From positions 310,001 through 374,000 of the forward strand of contig JAQGDQ010000148.1 in NCBI GenBank assembly GCA_030141605.1: a DNA stretch of 64,000 nucleotides, read 5' to 3'. This DNA is from Tubiluchus corallicola. Its lineage: Eukaryota > Animalia > Priapulida. This document shows, one piece after another, positions 11,734-24,488 of the stretch. The notes beneath the pieces were generated by a model that was not told where the DNA came from, searched no databases, and was given only the letters and a program-made list of their open reading frames with translations. Both the position numbers and the translations under genes were made by a program. Position 1 is the stretch's first letter. Each line of letters opens with the position of its first letter.

Positions 11734-14299
11734 CAAATTTGTTATCTGCAATCGTATGAATGTCACCGTATTGTTGTAAATAATTCTTTTATTATAATTT
11801 TATTTAGATTTGTTAGTAATCTTGTTGTACTGATTGCCTATAGTCATTAGGCAGTACTTCCTTTTAGATGATACAATTTAATGCCATTTTATTTTCAAAG
11901 TAATCAAAGAAAAGAATTTAATATGTATGTATGGTTAACTTTGCTTTGTAGTTTCTAATGGTGTTTGTATAATGTATATGTTTTTAACTCATTTGAGTTT
12001 GGATCAGTTTTTGAGCTATTCTCATTTGGAATATTGTTTCTTGCTCATACTGCACTGATGTTAAAGTTTAGCAAAAAGAACAGCCTTGTCTCGTTGCTTT
12101 AATCAGCCACAGTTCACATGCTCAGTCTCACAAGTTTTTTGTATCTACTTTCTACTTCATGTACCTGTAAACTTTATGCTGCTAACTTCCCAGATCTGCA
12201 ATTGTAGCCAAAAAACTTAAAATAAATACCACCTAAGTTTGTTTCTTGACCTGTAGATTTCATCAAGATTCTCAAGTATATATCTGATTTGGCTATACAA
12301 GTTATCACATGTTAGACGTAAGAGTAACTTCCTTTCCTTTGCCTCAGTTTTTATAGAAAAAACAGTTAGTAAGTTTGCTTATGCTCATCAGTAATTTAAA
12401 GTGAATGATTGGATGAACATTCACACAGCATCATGCAACATCTTTGCCTTTTTCTTTTCCTGTTATGTAGGCATTTATAATTTTTTTATAGGTAATGTTA
12501 TCGCTTTCATGAAATTTTTATTTATTGTTTGTACAAATGCTTGTTCTGTAATAATGAAGAGAAATAAAACATTATTTTGGTCTGTAACTGAAAAATTTGG
12601 TGACTATTGACTGACAATTGCACCAGGCTATAACGAGGCTTTTGTAAAAAAATACATGTTCATTTTGAATGATCAATTGGCACCATTGATGGTGGTGCGA
12701 GTTCTGAGGCCCTAATTTTAATGTGAAATGCATGTATTAAAGTGCTAGATAATTTGTGATGTAAACTAGAAACTGGTTTTTGAACTCGGACCCCATAGTA
12801 AGTAATGTTTAGTGTATGTGAGAAGCAAAAGCAAAGACCCCAATTACGCAAATTAAGAGATCCTTTACATCGTTCTCAGAATCTAGAAAGATAAGAAAAG
12901 TAAACATAGACTTTACAGTAGTACTGCTCTAATAATTGGTGAACATTACCTAACGTGGCATGTAGAGAACCTTTACACATGCAGATGATGATGATGCAGA
13001 CTACAATGATGATATTGCTATTATTTACAGGATGACAACAAACTAATTTAGCAGCCCATTTACAGACAGTAAATAGCTGTTGTTTGAGTTTAGTTTGGTT
13101 GGAAGATTTCAATTGGTACAGTAATTATGGCGTTTTTTAATATGTGTATTCAGATTTGGGTAGGTCCATTTTTGGGACCTTTTAATCTCTGATGGCCCGC
13201 ACAATTAATATATTGGCAATAAATGATATAATTAATTAAGAGGTAAAACTATCAGTCGTATTTAAAAACATCGCAGTTTACATTTTTCTCATCCCGTACT
13301 TATTTTTGGTCCCATTCATAATCTTACTCTCCATCTTTGAACAGTGAATAATGATTACTACCACTAAACCACCATTCCAAACTTGTCTTCAATTTTTTTT
13401 TCTGTGGACATTTGTCTTTCAAGAAAACAATAATTCGCTACCCCCAAGTGCGTGATCCCAAAAGTCCAAAATCAGGAAATGTTTGTGGTTAATTGACGTG
13501 TCGTAGACATTTCTAGCAAACACGTCTTTTTAGTGAAGATTTCCTATGCCCCATGAGAAAGCAGCAACAGATGTTTTGGCTTATGCACGAATTTAATGGC
13601 ATTTTGTTCCTGACTGTGAGCGTGTCAACCGGACATGTCTCTGATTAAAGCTATCCCGTGACTACAGGACCAGGATTTGACCAGTCAGACACAGCCAGTA
13701 TAACTAAATAGCAGTATGTCAGTTTTTTATTATAATACTAGCAATCTGCAGTTCTACATCTGTTTCATTTTGTACTTGCCAATGTATGTAATGTTAATCT
13801 CATATTTACGCAATAAATTTAATAGCGGTTAAATGCTAATTTACCGATTAGATAAGTAAGTTACCGTAGAAAGACATAGCTTTATGTAGAGCTCTCCACT
13901 ATTCCTTGTGTACTTTATTAGAAACTCTAAATGTAATACCCGCTACACTAGCAGATATTACATTCTCTGATTTTACTGATGTAAGAACATAATTATGCTG
14001 GCCACACTGCGATCATGAATCATGGCTCGAGGTGTCCTATTGTTTTTGTGGCAACTTGGGATCAGTATATCTTTGGTTTAGACTCCGGATTGCCACAGTT
14101 ATTCTCTTCGTATTAACTGTGTCAGTGTTGCTTTCTAATTTCAGATAGTTAGATAATTGATTAAGATAAACAATGAGGTCTGGGCACCCTACACTTCGGT
14201 TTGAGACGTTTGAGTGCTAGTTATCGCTTGTCAAGTGCCAAGCCTAAGAAGCTTAAACTTTGGAGATTGTGGAGCCATACTAACTTGTCTAGCACACAT

Positions 14300-15065
14300 G
14301 CTGAGTATACCATGTAGTTCCAGCAGCTAAGATTGTCTATTCGCCATGCAAGGATGTGGTATGAAAACAAGCTCACAAGCAGGTTGAGCAAAAATGGCAA
14401 GGAATTCTTCAGGTATAGTAAATACTTTTTGAAGCCTTCTAACTGTAGTAGTTGCATTAAAGATTTTAATGATGATGTTGTTACCTGTCTTGAACAGGTC
14501 GCTTCTACAATAAATGATGCTTTTACATCTTTCTTCACTCAGGAGCCTGATGATAATGCCTTGCTTATTCCTTCTTCTGGTTTAAATTCAGTATTAACAA
14601 TGTATGTGCTAAGTTTATGTAACTTAACACCATTTAAGGCTATAGGGCCTAATGAACTTCACAGCTTTATTTTGAAGTCTTGCCCTCTTCAGCTTGCTCT
14701 CCCTTTTTTCCTTTTGTTCCGTAAATCTCTTGATTCTGGAATCCTCCCCCTCCCCCAACTTGGCTTAACTATAATGTTAACCCATCCCTAAACAATCAAA
14801 TGCATGTCCTTCGTGTGATGATCTTCATCCCATATCTTTGTCATCAGTAGTCATCAAAAGCTAGAAATTCGGGTTGTGGGATGAGATTTTAACCTTTCTC
14901 ATCCAAACGGAACAGATATGTAAGTCCCAGGATGGTTCCCTTCCACTATGATCAGTCATCTCTAATCTATTATCGTGTTCAAATCAGTGGACTAGCTTCT
15001 TCGATGATCCTACTTTGTCTGATATTGACGTACTGTATCTTGAATTCAAAATGGCCCTACTCTTG
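14300..15065 (+). mobile_element. Decayed CR1-like LINE reverse-transcriptase fragment
   Basis: KAIGPNELHSFILKSCPLQLALPFFLLFRKSLDSGILP, then frameshifted PISLSSVVIK, QDGSLP and DIDVLYLEFK (cf. YLDFxKAFD). Confidence 0.75.
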
Positions 15066-16342
15066 ATAAAATTTTTTAGAATTCCTACTGTCTGACTGTC
15101 CTGAAAACCACAACTTTTGTATTTCACTGACCATGACACTAGCATCATATGTTTGTTGATTTGTTTTACTCTTATGAAAATATTAGACCATGGAGAGACT
15201 TCTGCTAAGCCTCACTACCACAACTGCATGATTTTGCTGGCGTAAAAAGATGTGCAACTGTGACGTTATTAGTGCTTTGTACATGCTGTTCATGATTTTG
15301 TCCCACTAAGGGGAATCTTTAAGTCTGATCATAAAAGGTCTTGTGCACCCTGGGAAAAGCGATAAGTGTTTAGTGCCGATGCACTGTTGGTGTAACATGA
15401 CTTAATCATCCAAGAAGATGAAGAAACTTTCTGTGTTGTGCTACGAGTTACTCTCCCTTGTAGTAGTAGACTAAAATTATAGGATTCTAGTTTTTCTGGC
15501 ACCCACTCAGTTATTTAATAACCCTGCCTGTTGTTGCTTAACTAAATTGGTTTGTAGCCAAATCTGCACTGTGTTCACCAATGTCATATTTTCACTCCAA
15601 AGCTACATTAAATAATATATCGTGAATAGAATTTGAACATATGGTAAAATGATAACCTTGAGCGGTCTGAAACAGTTAAGAGCAGAATGACAGCAATGAC
15701 AGTTAGAGTCACAAACAACACCTCGTAGTGTTTGTGAACAGAACACTGAAGGAAAGACATGTTCATGCTGTAAATGGCCTGTATTGTCTGCAGAAACATG
15801 AAGTAAATAACTGCAACAGAAAAGTATAAATGTAATTATTGTAATGTATAGTTCACATAATGACTGAAATAGCAAATATTAACTACTGAAATTACTTATT
15901 AGAAAAGTTCTACATAGGTCAGCATGTTTAAAATTCCTTGAAAACATTTACTGCATTAGTGACTGAAAGCATTTCAAATAAACTTAGCCAAAATTTAAGT
16001 TGTGGTGTGTCAGTTTTCTTGTGTTGAGAACTCACAATTAATTTTGGTCTCTTTTTGCATTCTTTTTCAACATGCACAGCTATGGTGCATTTGAGCAACG
16101 CCCTATTATTGTGTACATTGGTAATACATGTATGGTGATGATTGCTCTCTGCTGTTAGACAACAACTATCATGCGAAAACATGCAGTGTAATATAGTGAT
16201 ATTACTTTTGTCTCGATTAATATTTGGAGTACATTTTTGCAACAATGACATTATGTAAAAATCTTTTCCGTATGGTTTAATTTTTTTCAGATGAATTGAC
16301 TAGCATGACCTGAAGAAACTAGTTTAATAAAGTAGATTTGCT

Positions 16343-17551
16343 ATGTTGCGTTGCATTGCTGAAAGGTCGATTGGATTACAGACACCACAGAATGTGCAGA
16401 CAGTTATCTCAACGGATCGTGCTTTTACCATCGACTTGTGCAAACACCGAGAAGTTAAAAAAGTTTACTCTAGCGCAGTAAATAGTTTAGACATTGATCC
16501 AGTTGAAATGCGTTACCTTTTGTCTGGAAGCGCCAACGGAATGGTCGCTATCCACGATTTGCACAACCTCTCGGGTAGCCCTCAGTATACCTGCCCTGTA
16601 GTCTGTATAGTTAAAAGAGGGGACAGCAAAGGTCATAAATACAGCGTAGAAACTGTGCAGTGGTACACATCTGACACGGGCATTTTTATCTCAAGTGGGT
16701 TTGATAAAACTCTAAAAATTTGGGATACAAATAAGATGACACCTGTAGATACTCTTACTTATGAAGATTGTATTTATTGTCACCACATGTCACCATTAGC
16801 CACAAAACACTCCCTTATAGCAGTAGGTTCATCTGCCTGCCAAGTTAGCTTGGTGGATCTTAAGACTGGGTCCTTCACTCATATATTGAAAGGACATAAG
16901 GGAGCTGTGTACACTGTTAAGTGGTCACCTATTAGTGAGTATGTGCTTGCTACTGGCAGCCACGATAATAAGGCTCTCATTTGGGATGTACGTATGGCAA
17001 GAAATTGCCTGTTGACGTTAGATCAGCACAATGGTAACTATAAAAGAAGTGGTCCTGCTGCTGTGCAAACGGCACACAATGGTGCTGTCAACAGCATTGC
17101 TTTCACAGATGATGGATTTTATCTTTTGACATTTGGTACTGATTGTCGGTTACGATTATGGAATACACGGAACGGTCGAAACTCTTTGGTCAATTATGGT
17201 AGTATCAAGAATGAGCAATTGAAATGTGTTAAAATAGATGTCTCCCATTTTCTGAGACCAGATGTTGTTTTTGTACCTCATGAAAGTAACATTGATGTGT
17301 TTTGTATACATACTGGCTCCCGGATAAACCGTTTGGTTGGTCATTACAATGAAGTTAACTGTGTCTTGTATCATCCGATTTTTCAGGAGTGTTATAGTAG
17401 TGGTAATGACAGAAATATTCTTGTCTGGACTCCCAAAATGTCTGATACTGAAGCATTTGAAGAATATTTATTATCAGGAGAGAAAGGAATAAAAATGCCC
17501 AGTGATGGACTAATGAGAGATACATGGAGTAGCGATGAAGAAGAGGATTAA
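16343..17551 (+). CDS. ERCC8: DNA excision repair protein ERCC-8 / Cockayne syndrome A (WD40), single coding exon, 402 aa
   Basis: LDIDPVEMRYLLSGSANG, HKYSVETVQWYTSDTGIFISSGFDKTLKIWDTN, DLKTGSFTHILKGH, LATGSHDNKALIWDVR, TAHNGAVN, LVNYG, C-terminal DTWSSDEEED; aataaa at ~17597. Confidence 0.95.
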   Translation: MLRCIAERSIGLQTPQNVQTVISTDRAFTIDLCKHREVKKVYSSAVNSLDIDPVEMRYLLSGSANGMVAIHDLHNLSGSPQYTCPVVCIVKRGDSKGHKYSVETVQWYTSDTGIFISSGFDKTLKIWDTNKMTPVDTLTYEDCIYCHHMSPLATKHSLIAVGSSACQVSLVDLKTGSFTHILKGHKGAVYTVKWSPISEYVLATGSHDNKALIWDVRMARNCLLTLDQHNGNYKRSGPAAVQTAHNGAVNSIAFTDDGFYLLTFGTDCRLRLWNTRNGRNSLVNYGSIKNEQLKCVKIDVSHFLRPDVVFVPHESNIDVFCIHTGSRINRLVGHYNEVNCVLYHPIFQECYSSGNDRNILVWTPKMSDTEAFEEYLLSGEKGIKMPSDGLMRDTWSSDEEED

Positions 17552-18229
17552 ATAATTATACCATAAACATACAATAGGCTATTATTGTTATTTGTTAATA
17601 AATTTTGGTAAATTCGATAGCATAAATTAAATTATGTAACCATGAAAATTGTTTTTTATTGATTTGAGAAATCAAAATTATCATAGCAAAGACGTCCATA
17701 AGTCGACAGTAAGGTTTTCTAGTTATTCACACCTAAATCTCCATTTCATGGGGACCATTTTAATACCAAGCTCATCGCTCTATGCTATTACTAACCTGAG
17801 GTAATCCACATTGCGGTTGAAGTGCACGTTGTACACTGAAAAACATAATCTTGAGGAAATCACTATTAAAATTTGCCACTGCTTTTTGTCGCATTTCTAC
17901 AAAAACACTTAGCAACCATACAAAAGTGTGGTTGCTATGGACTTTACAAAAGGAATCTGAAGTTACGTTTGAATCCAGTGGATAACTGTTTCAGAAGAAG
18001 AGCTGAGCTTGTCAACAAAAAAATGGTGCTTGACATTACTGATAATAAGTATCAATCATAATGTCACTGATAAGGCACACCTGTTACTGATGTTCAAAGA
18101 AATTCCTGATACTTCTAAATCCTGCTGCACCCAAATTGTAATTTCTTTTTATTATAGCAAACTGGCTACAATATTGTTATGCTGGTAGACAAATTTCTTA
18201 TTGGCAATCGGCAGCTGTAATAAGAGAGT

Positions 18230-18900
18230 TATAATAATAATAATGGTTGTAATAATTGTGTAATAATAATAATAATTAAAAACTAGTAATAATAACAAGG
18301 AAAACATTGGACCAGAAATCGTTAGTATTTCCACAGCTCCCTTTGAGACTGATGTAGCATCAAGAAATACTAACCTACATCTTCGCCACTTGTGGCGGTT
18401 CACGCTGGCCTCTCTATTACAATTACGTTAGTAGGCTAAAAGGATAGCAGAAAAGTGAAAGTCCTAATAGCGAGCCAAAAATCTTACATTAAATTTTAAC
18501 ACGCTGTACCCACAACGTAGTGGAGACACTATGATATTAAATTTCTATTTCTAAAGCCATTTTCTGTCTAGCATTCATTACTTTCTGTATCCTCGTATTG
18601 ATCATCACTATTTTTTTCTGTTTCGAATGTTTTTAAATCAACCTCCATATCTTCACCCAATATCTTTATAGCTTTCTCACACATTTGTAAGTGTTCAGTT
18701 GTATCATCATGAATTTTACCCAAAGGGCATTTTAGATCATTCTTAAACTTACTTTTGAAATTTGTTTCCACTCTGTTATTTCATAGACTGTTCTTTGGTT
18801 ACACTTAATTACTTAATCCACTGGATTATTCCTCCTGTAGCATTTTCCATAATTCTCAGTTTTTTCATTTTCTGACGCTTTTCTTTAGTAATATACTCCA
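18230..18900 (-). mobile_element. 3' fragment of a second, related LINE family with a (TTA)n-like tail
   Basis: ETNFKSKFKNDLKCPL..HDDTTEHLQMC (degenerate C-terminal zinc knuckle) preceded by KMKKLRI; 3' hairpin cgccacaagtggcg; (taa)n run at 18230-18295 on the + strand. Confidence 0.65.
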
Positions 18901-19572
18901 AATATTTTCTAATACTAATGTGGGCTAAAACTGTGTTTCCTTTGCAATAGTTACAAACATTGCATTCCAATTTACTATAATAAATTTTGCACTTTGTTTA
19001 TTTCTCCGTACTCTAGCAAAGTGATTATTTCGTCTCTGTTCTTACTGTTAATTAACGCAGCTACTCTAAATGACCTTATACATTTGAACCTGACCAATTT
19101 ATCTGCAATTTTTCAAAAAGTTCTGAAAAGCTCACTGTGTGTTCTCAAAAAACTCACATGAAACGAATTCACAATATCAAAAAAAAAGCATCCTAAAGGT
19201 TTCTTGTACTTGTTCTTGCCGTAGCCACTTACTGTCTTTATCTTCATTTAAGAATTCTGCTGCCCATTCTCTGCCATAAACGTAATGGGTATGTGATGAT
19301 AATGATAACTAAGTTTCTGCAAACTTAAGATCTTCAACTATTTCGTATCATCCGTACTAGAAAATATAACTATAAGATAGTCCACTTTTTAACCTTTCCT
19401 AAATCGGTTCAACCATGAAACCAAAATGGTAGATTATTTAACTGGATTTATTTCAAGCAAAAAGGCCTCAAATGAGCGTTTGTAATTATAAAAAATATTT
19501 CTTCATGGAGAGTAGCTATAGTATAGGTCTGCGATTGCGATACTCCACTCTCTCCACCTATCAGAGGCGGGC

Positions 19573-20319
19573 GGCGCTATTACACTTTCGCACCGCCTAG
19601 CTTTTTATAGGTTATTACTCGTTTTCAGGCTCGTAAGTCATCATTCTATTTTTCTTACGTCATCAATGAATGTTTCCGCTAATCTAATTGTAATTTAATA
19701 ATATATTTAGGTATAATTACCAATAATTACGCTGTATTCACAGTTCTACGCCTATACAGGGCGTATCGCCATCTTGTTTGTGTGTGTAGTCAGGTGACAA
19801 ATTTCGTACTAGTTTATGCATTATCAGGGCCTAGCTTAAAAGGCATGTGACACACTTTCATCTTCACCGCATTTACGAAATAAAGAAAAAACCTTTACTT
19901 TTTTTATAATCTAATAGTAATAATACTACAGTAATAAATAAAATTAATGATAAATAACTGTAGTGGTCCAAAATAATTTCCCCCGGTACGATACAAACTT
20001 CCGTAGCTGCAACCCTAATAATCATAAATTATGCGAAGAAACCAAAAATACAGGTTAAGGGCCACATACGTCACTGCGCGAGAGCGATTGCGCATCAGTG
20101 ATGTAAACACGGTTATTCACGTGCAGCTTTTAATGGCGGCTGTAGGTAAGTAATGCATGATTTTAATCTGATTTTAATCTGGACTTATAAAGCGCAAGAA
20201 GCAATAATATTGTGGGAATATGGTGTATATTACGCCTGTTGGTCTGCTTTCTGGCCTGCAGGCGTGAAAACAACCAATAGGCCAGGAAAAGCTAGGCGGT
20301 GCGAAAGTGTAATAGCGCC
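19573..20319 (+). mobile_element. Mutator-like MITE, copy 1 (747 bp)
   Basis: TIRs ggcgctattacactttcgcaccgcctagctttt / aaaagctaggcggtgcgaaagtgtaatagcgcc; perfect 9-bp TSD gaggcgggc at 19564-19572 and 20320-20328. Confidence 0.93.
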
Positions 20320-20535
20320 GAGGCGGGCACCTTTATAGGGTGCAAAGTCTATTCTTCTTTAACGCTGATCTTTTATTTGTCTTTTCCAAGTTTAATGTCT
20401 TTATTTGTCTTTATCCTGTATTCCATACATTCGTTCACTAGATTTCTAATTTCTAGCAATCCTTCCTTTTCACTGTTCATTAATACATCTGAGTTCAAAA
20501 TTTTTTTCCATTCTCCATATCTGTAACATCTAAGC

Positions 20536-21277
20536 GACGCTATTACACTTTCGCACCGCCTAGCTTTTCCTGGCCTATTGGTTGTTTTCACGCCTGCAGG
20601 CCAGAAAGCAGACCAACAGGCGTAATATACACCATATTCCCATAATATTATTGCTTCTTGCGCTTTATAAGTCCAGATTAAAATCAGATTAAAATCATGC
20701 ATTACTTACCTACAGCCGCCATTAAAAGCTGCACGTGAATAACCGTGTTTACATCACTGATGCGCAATCGCTCTCGCGCAGTGACGTATGTGGCCCTTAA
20801 CCTGTATTTTTAGTTTCTTCGCATAATTTATGATTATTAGGGTTGCAGCTACGGGAGTTTGTATCGTACCGCGGGAAATTATTTTGGACCACTACAGTTA
20901 TTTATCATTAATTTTATTTATTACTGTAGTATTATTACTATTAGATTATAAAAAAAGTAAAGGTTTTTTCTTTATTTCGTAAATGCGGTGAAGATGAAAG
21001 TGTGTCACGTGCCTTTTAAGCTAGGCCCTGATAATGCATAAACTAGTACGAAATTTGTCACGTGACTACACACACAAACAAGATGGCGATACGCCCTGTA
21101 TAGGCGTAGAACTGTGAATACAGCGTAATTATTGGTAATTATACCTAAATATATTATTAAATTACAAATAGATTAGCGGAAACATTCACTGATGACGTAA
21201 GAATAATAGAATGATGACTTACGAGCCTAAAAACGAGTAATAACCTATAAAAAGCAATGCGAAAGTGTAATAGCGCC
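20536..21277 (-). mobile_element. Mutator-like MITE, copy 2 (742 bp), inverted relative to copy 1
   Basis: Reverse complement of copy 1 with scattered substitutions and a small deletion in one TIR; perfect 9-bp TSD catctaagc at 20527-20535 and 21278-21286. Confidence 0.93.
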
Positions 21278-24200
21278 CATCTAAGCATATGTTCAATAGT
21301 GTCATCATCTTCCTCACACACTGGGCATAATAACTGATCCTTAAACTCATTCTTGTAGTTCCCCTTAACTTTAATCATATTCAGTCTTATTTTCAATATA
21401 TCTTTAACCTCTTCTGGTTTGCATGTGTCTATGTAATTTTGTCGTTTCCACTCGGTATGCCTTAAAAATCTTAATTTAGTGCTGCTCCTGCATTTTTCTG
21501 CACATTCGCTCTTTATACAACATTCAGTCTTATTCTTTATTTCTTTCTTCCATTCAGACTTTTTCATGACCTTCACCCTTTCTTTATTAGCATCTATGGT
21601 ATATATTTTTGCAGTCTCAAATACTTCATTATACCATGACCTTTTGTGTACACTGTTTATTTGCATTTCAAGTATCTCTGATGCTAATCTCTTTGGTTTA
21701 CTAATCAGTAAATTCCGATAGAACATCAATCTCCTATAGTTTACTTTATGTTTTAGAGGCCATATGCCTATTTCAGTTACTAATCCCCAGTATGGCGTTG
21801 ATTCACTAAGATTAAATATTGTTTTTAAAGCATTTGCTTGAATCATTTCTAATTTCTCCCAATCAGTTGCTGTCAAATTTGACCATGTCTCTGAACTATT
21901 TAGCACTGCACTCACTGAAAGAAGCTCGTACAGCATTAGTTTTACCCCTATTGAGCAATCTCCCACTTTCAGCTCACCTCCTATTGTATTGATGTAACTG
22001 ATTATCATTTTGTTTTTCCCGGTTCGTTTTCCCAACATTATTTCATAACTACATTATGTATTAATCCAGTCTCCCAAAATATTGGTGTTCCTCTGCTTCC
22101 TTAACCTCTCCGTTCCTTAGTGACTCACATAATTCTGGGATCCTTTTCTTTCGTGTCATGTTAGTTCTCATATATTGTGTTTTCTGTATATTGAATGGTA
22201 ATCTTTTGGTTCTTTCAATTTCTTGACAGTTTTTAATCATCTGCTTGATTATAGTTTCTTGTCCTATTCCGACAATATCGTCAATGAATAATAACATACC
22301 CACATGTATATTCCTGCCCATTACGGTCCCTGTTGTCACCATCTCATTAATCCGGTTTATTGCAGCACAACATAGTAATGGTCCCAACACTGTTCCCTGT
22401 CGGACTATTTCATTTATTTCTATCTGGTCTGTTTTTCCCAATGGTGTTTCTATAACTATTTCTGCAATTTCATTCAGTTTATATATCATAAATATTTCTC
22501 CTGGTGATATGCCCATCCTCCATAATTCTGTCAATGCATCTTTCAACCACAACTTATCGAAACACTTTTCTATGTCACAAAAAATTATGTACACTTCATT
22601 TTTATAAAACCTGTTATACTCTAACATTGCCCTCAAGGTGTACAGATGGTCATAGTCCCCTCTGTTTTTTCTTCCGCCACATTGACATACTCCTATGTTT
22701 TCTTCAAATTTAACTATTATTCTATTTTTGATCACTTTTTCCATTAGTTTACTGAAAATATTTGTTATGAACAGCCCTCATCTATTTTTCATCTCTTTCT
22801 TGTCGCCTTTTCCCTTATTAATTGACTTTATTTTCATTTGGGCCCATTGTTTCGGTATTTTCTTTTGCTTCATTATTTCATTCAGCATTGCTGCTATACT
22901 ATCAATAAATCCCTTCCCTGCTTGTTTGATCATTTCATTCTTCCATCCTTGCATGTCTGGAGCCTTTTTATTTTTTAATGATCGAACTGCTTCATTCACT
23001 TCACTGATAGTAATTTCTTTTACTTCCTCCTCACTTGCCATTTGTTCAACATGTTTGAAAATTTGTTCAACCCTTGATTCTATCATTTGCTCATATTCAT
23101 CCTCTGTCTGAGTAGGAGTTAGCAGTTCTTCATAATATTTTTTCAAAATCAACTTAATTTTTCCTGGATTCTCTTGGATCTCACCTTGTTTATCTCTTAT
23201 TGCTATAGCTTCTTCCATTTTAGGTTTATCGATGCACTTTTTGAATTCCCAAAACAACTGCTGGTTAAGTTTTCCATTTACTGTAATTGTCCTAACAGTT
23301 TTATTTATTCTATTTATTTGTTCCTTCCTTTGCACAACCCTCATCATGTTTTCTATTAGTTCAATTTTTATTTTTATCATTCTTTTCCTTTCCGAGTCTT
23401 CTTCATCGCTCATTTCACGTTTTAACTTACATCTTTCTTTATTTAGCTTCCTTGACATTTTACTTCCATATTTTTGTTTCCTTTTTCCTTTTACTGAAAG
23501 GCACCTGTCTCTTACTACTGCAGCTTGATTTATCCAGCCATCATATTTGCTCTGAATTGATCTGTTACTGCTCCATACTTTACTAAATATTTGATCATCA
23601 GTTTGTATCTGTTCATTTTACTTTTATTAGACACTACTAATTTTTTTATCTCATCACTTTTATCTCTTTTCATTTTACTAATCTCAACCCAATCAAATTC
23701 ACTATATATTGTGTTGTGGTCTGTATATACAATTTTTTTCTCGCCACTACTAGTCACTCTGTACACTCCATATAGTTTTTGTTCATCAACAAGTGTAAAC
23801 CTATGTGCATTTACATCATTTGCACTTATTATTATATGATCAATAACAGATTTTTTCCCAGCTTCTTCTCCTGTCCAAATTCCTGAGCATTCTTCAGTTG
23901 CATTTAATATTACTAGATTTTCTTTTTTAACCAGATTTAGTAACATTTTTCCTGCCCAAGTTATTTCATCACTATTACCTTTGATAATATTTCCTACTTT
24001 TGCATTGAAGTCCCCTATAAGCAAGCACTTCTGGTTTTCATTTTTTGCTTTTTGTACTTGCTTACGTATTTGTTCATACATTTTCTTCATTTCTTCTTTA
24101 TCTGTCCTACTTTCCTGAGGTGCATACAATAATCCTACTCTCAATTTTACTTTTGAATTATCCATTACAACCCATAATTGTTCACCTACTTCATTATACT

Positions 24201-24488
24201 GGTCAGCTTTTATTGTTACATTTTTTAGGTCATTATTAATTGCCAATAATATCCCCCCTCCGTACTTATTTCTATTCAGTTGGAACACTTTGTAACCCTC
24301 AATTTGCACTAATTCTTCTTCCCCCAAATGAGTTTCAACAATTCCTATTACACTGGGCTTTTTTTCCCTTATCACTCCATACAATGACTCTAGCTTATTA
24401 TTTAGTCCTCGACAATTTGTATACACTACATTAAAATTTTTAAATCTCTTTTTCTTTTTCTGAGATCTTTTCACTCTTACTTTTTTTT

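Noticed and set aside
20153-20702. Two ORFs on opposite strands with identical N-termini (MHDFNLILIW...)
   Set aside because: Consequence of the inverted MITE duplication; no domain features; the tail of the minus ORF is the displaced end of LINE ORF2.
19573-21277. Long inverted repeat as an assembly fold-back artefact or a single large foldback element
   Set aside because: Each arm has its own TIR pair and distinct 9-bp TSD, the arms differ by substitutions, and the LINE sequence is colinear after excision.
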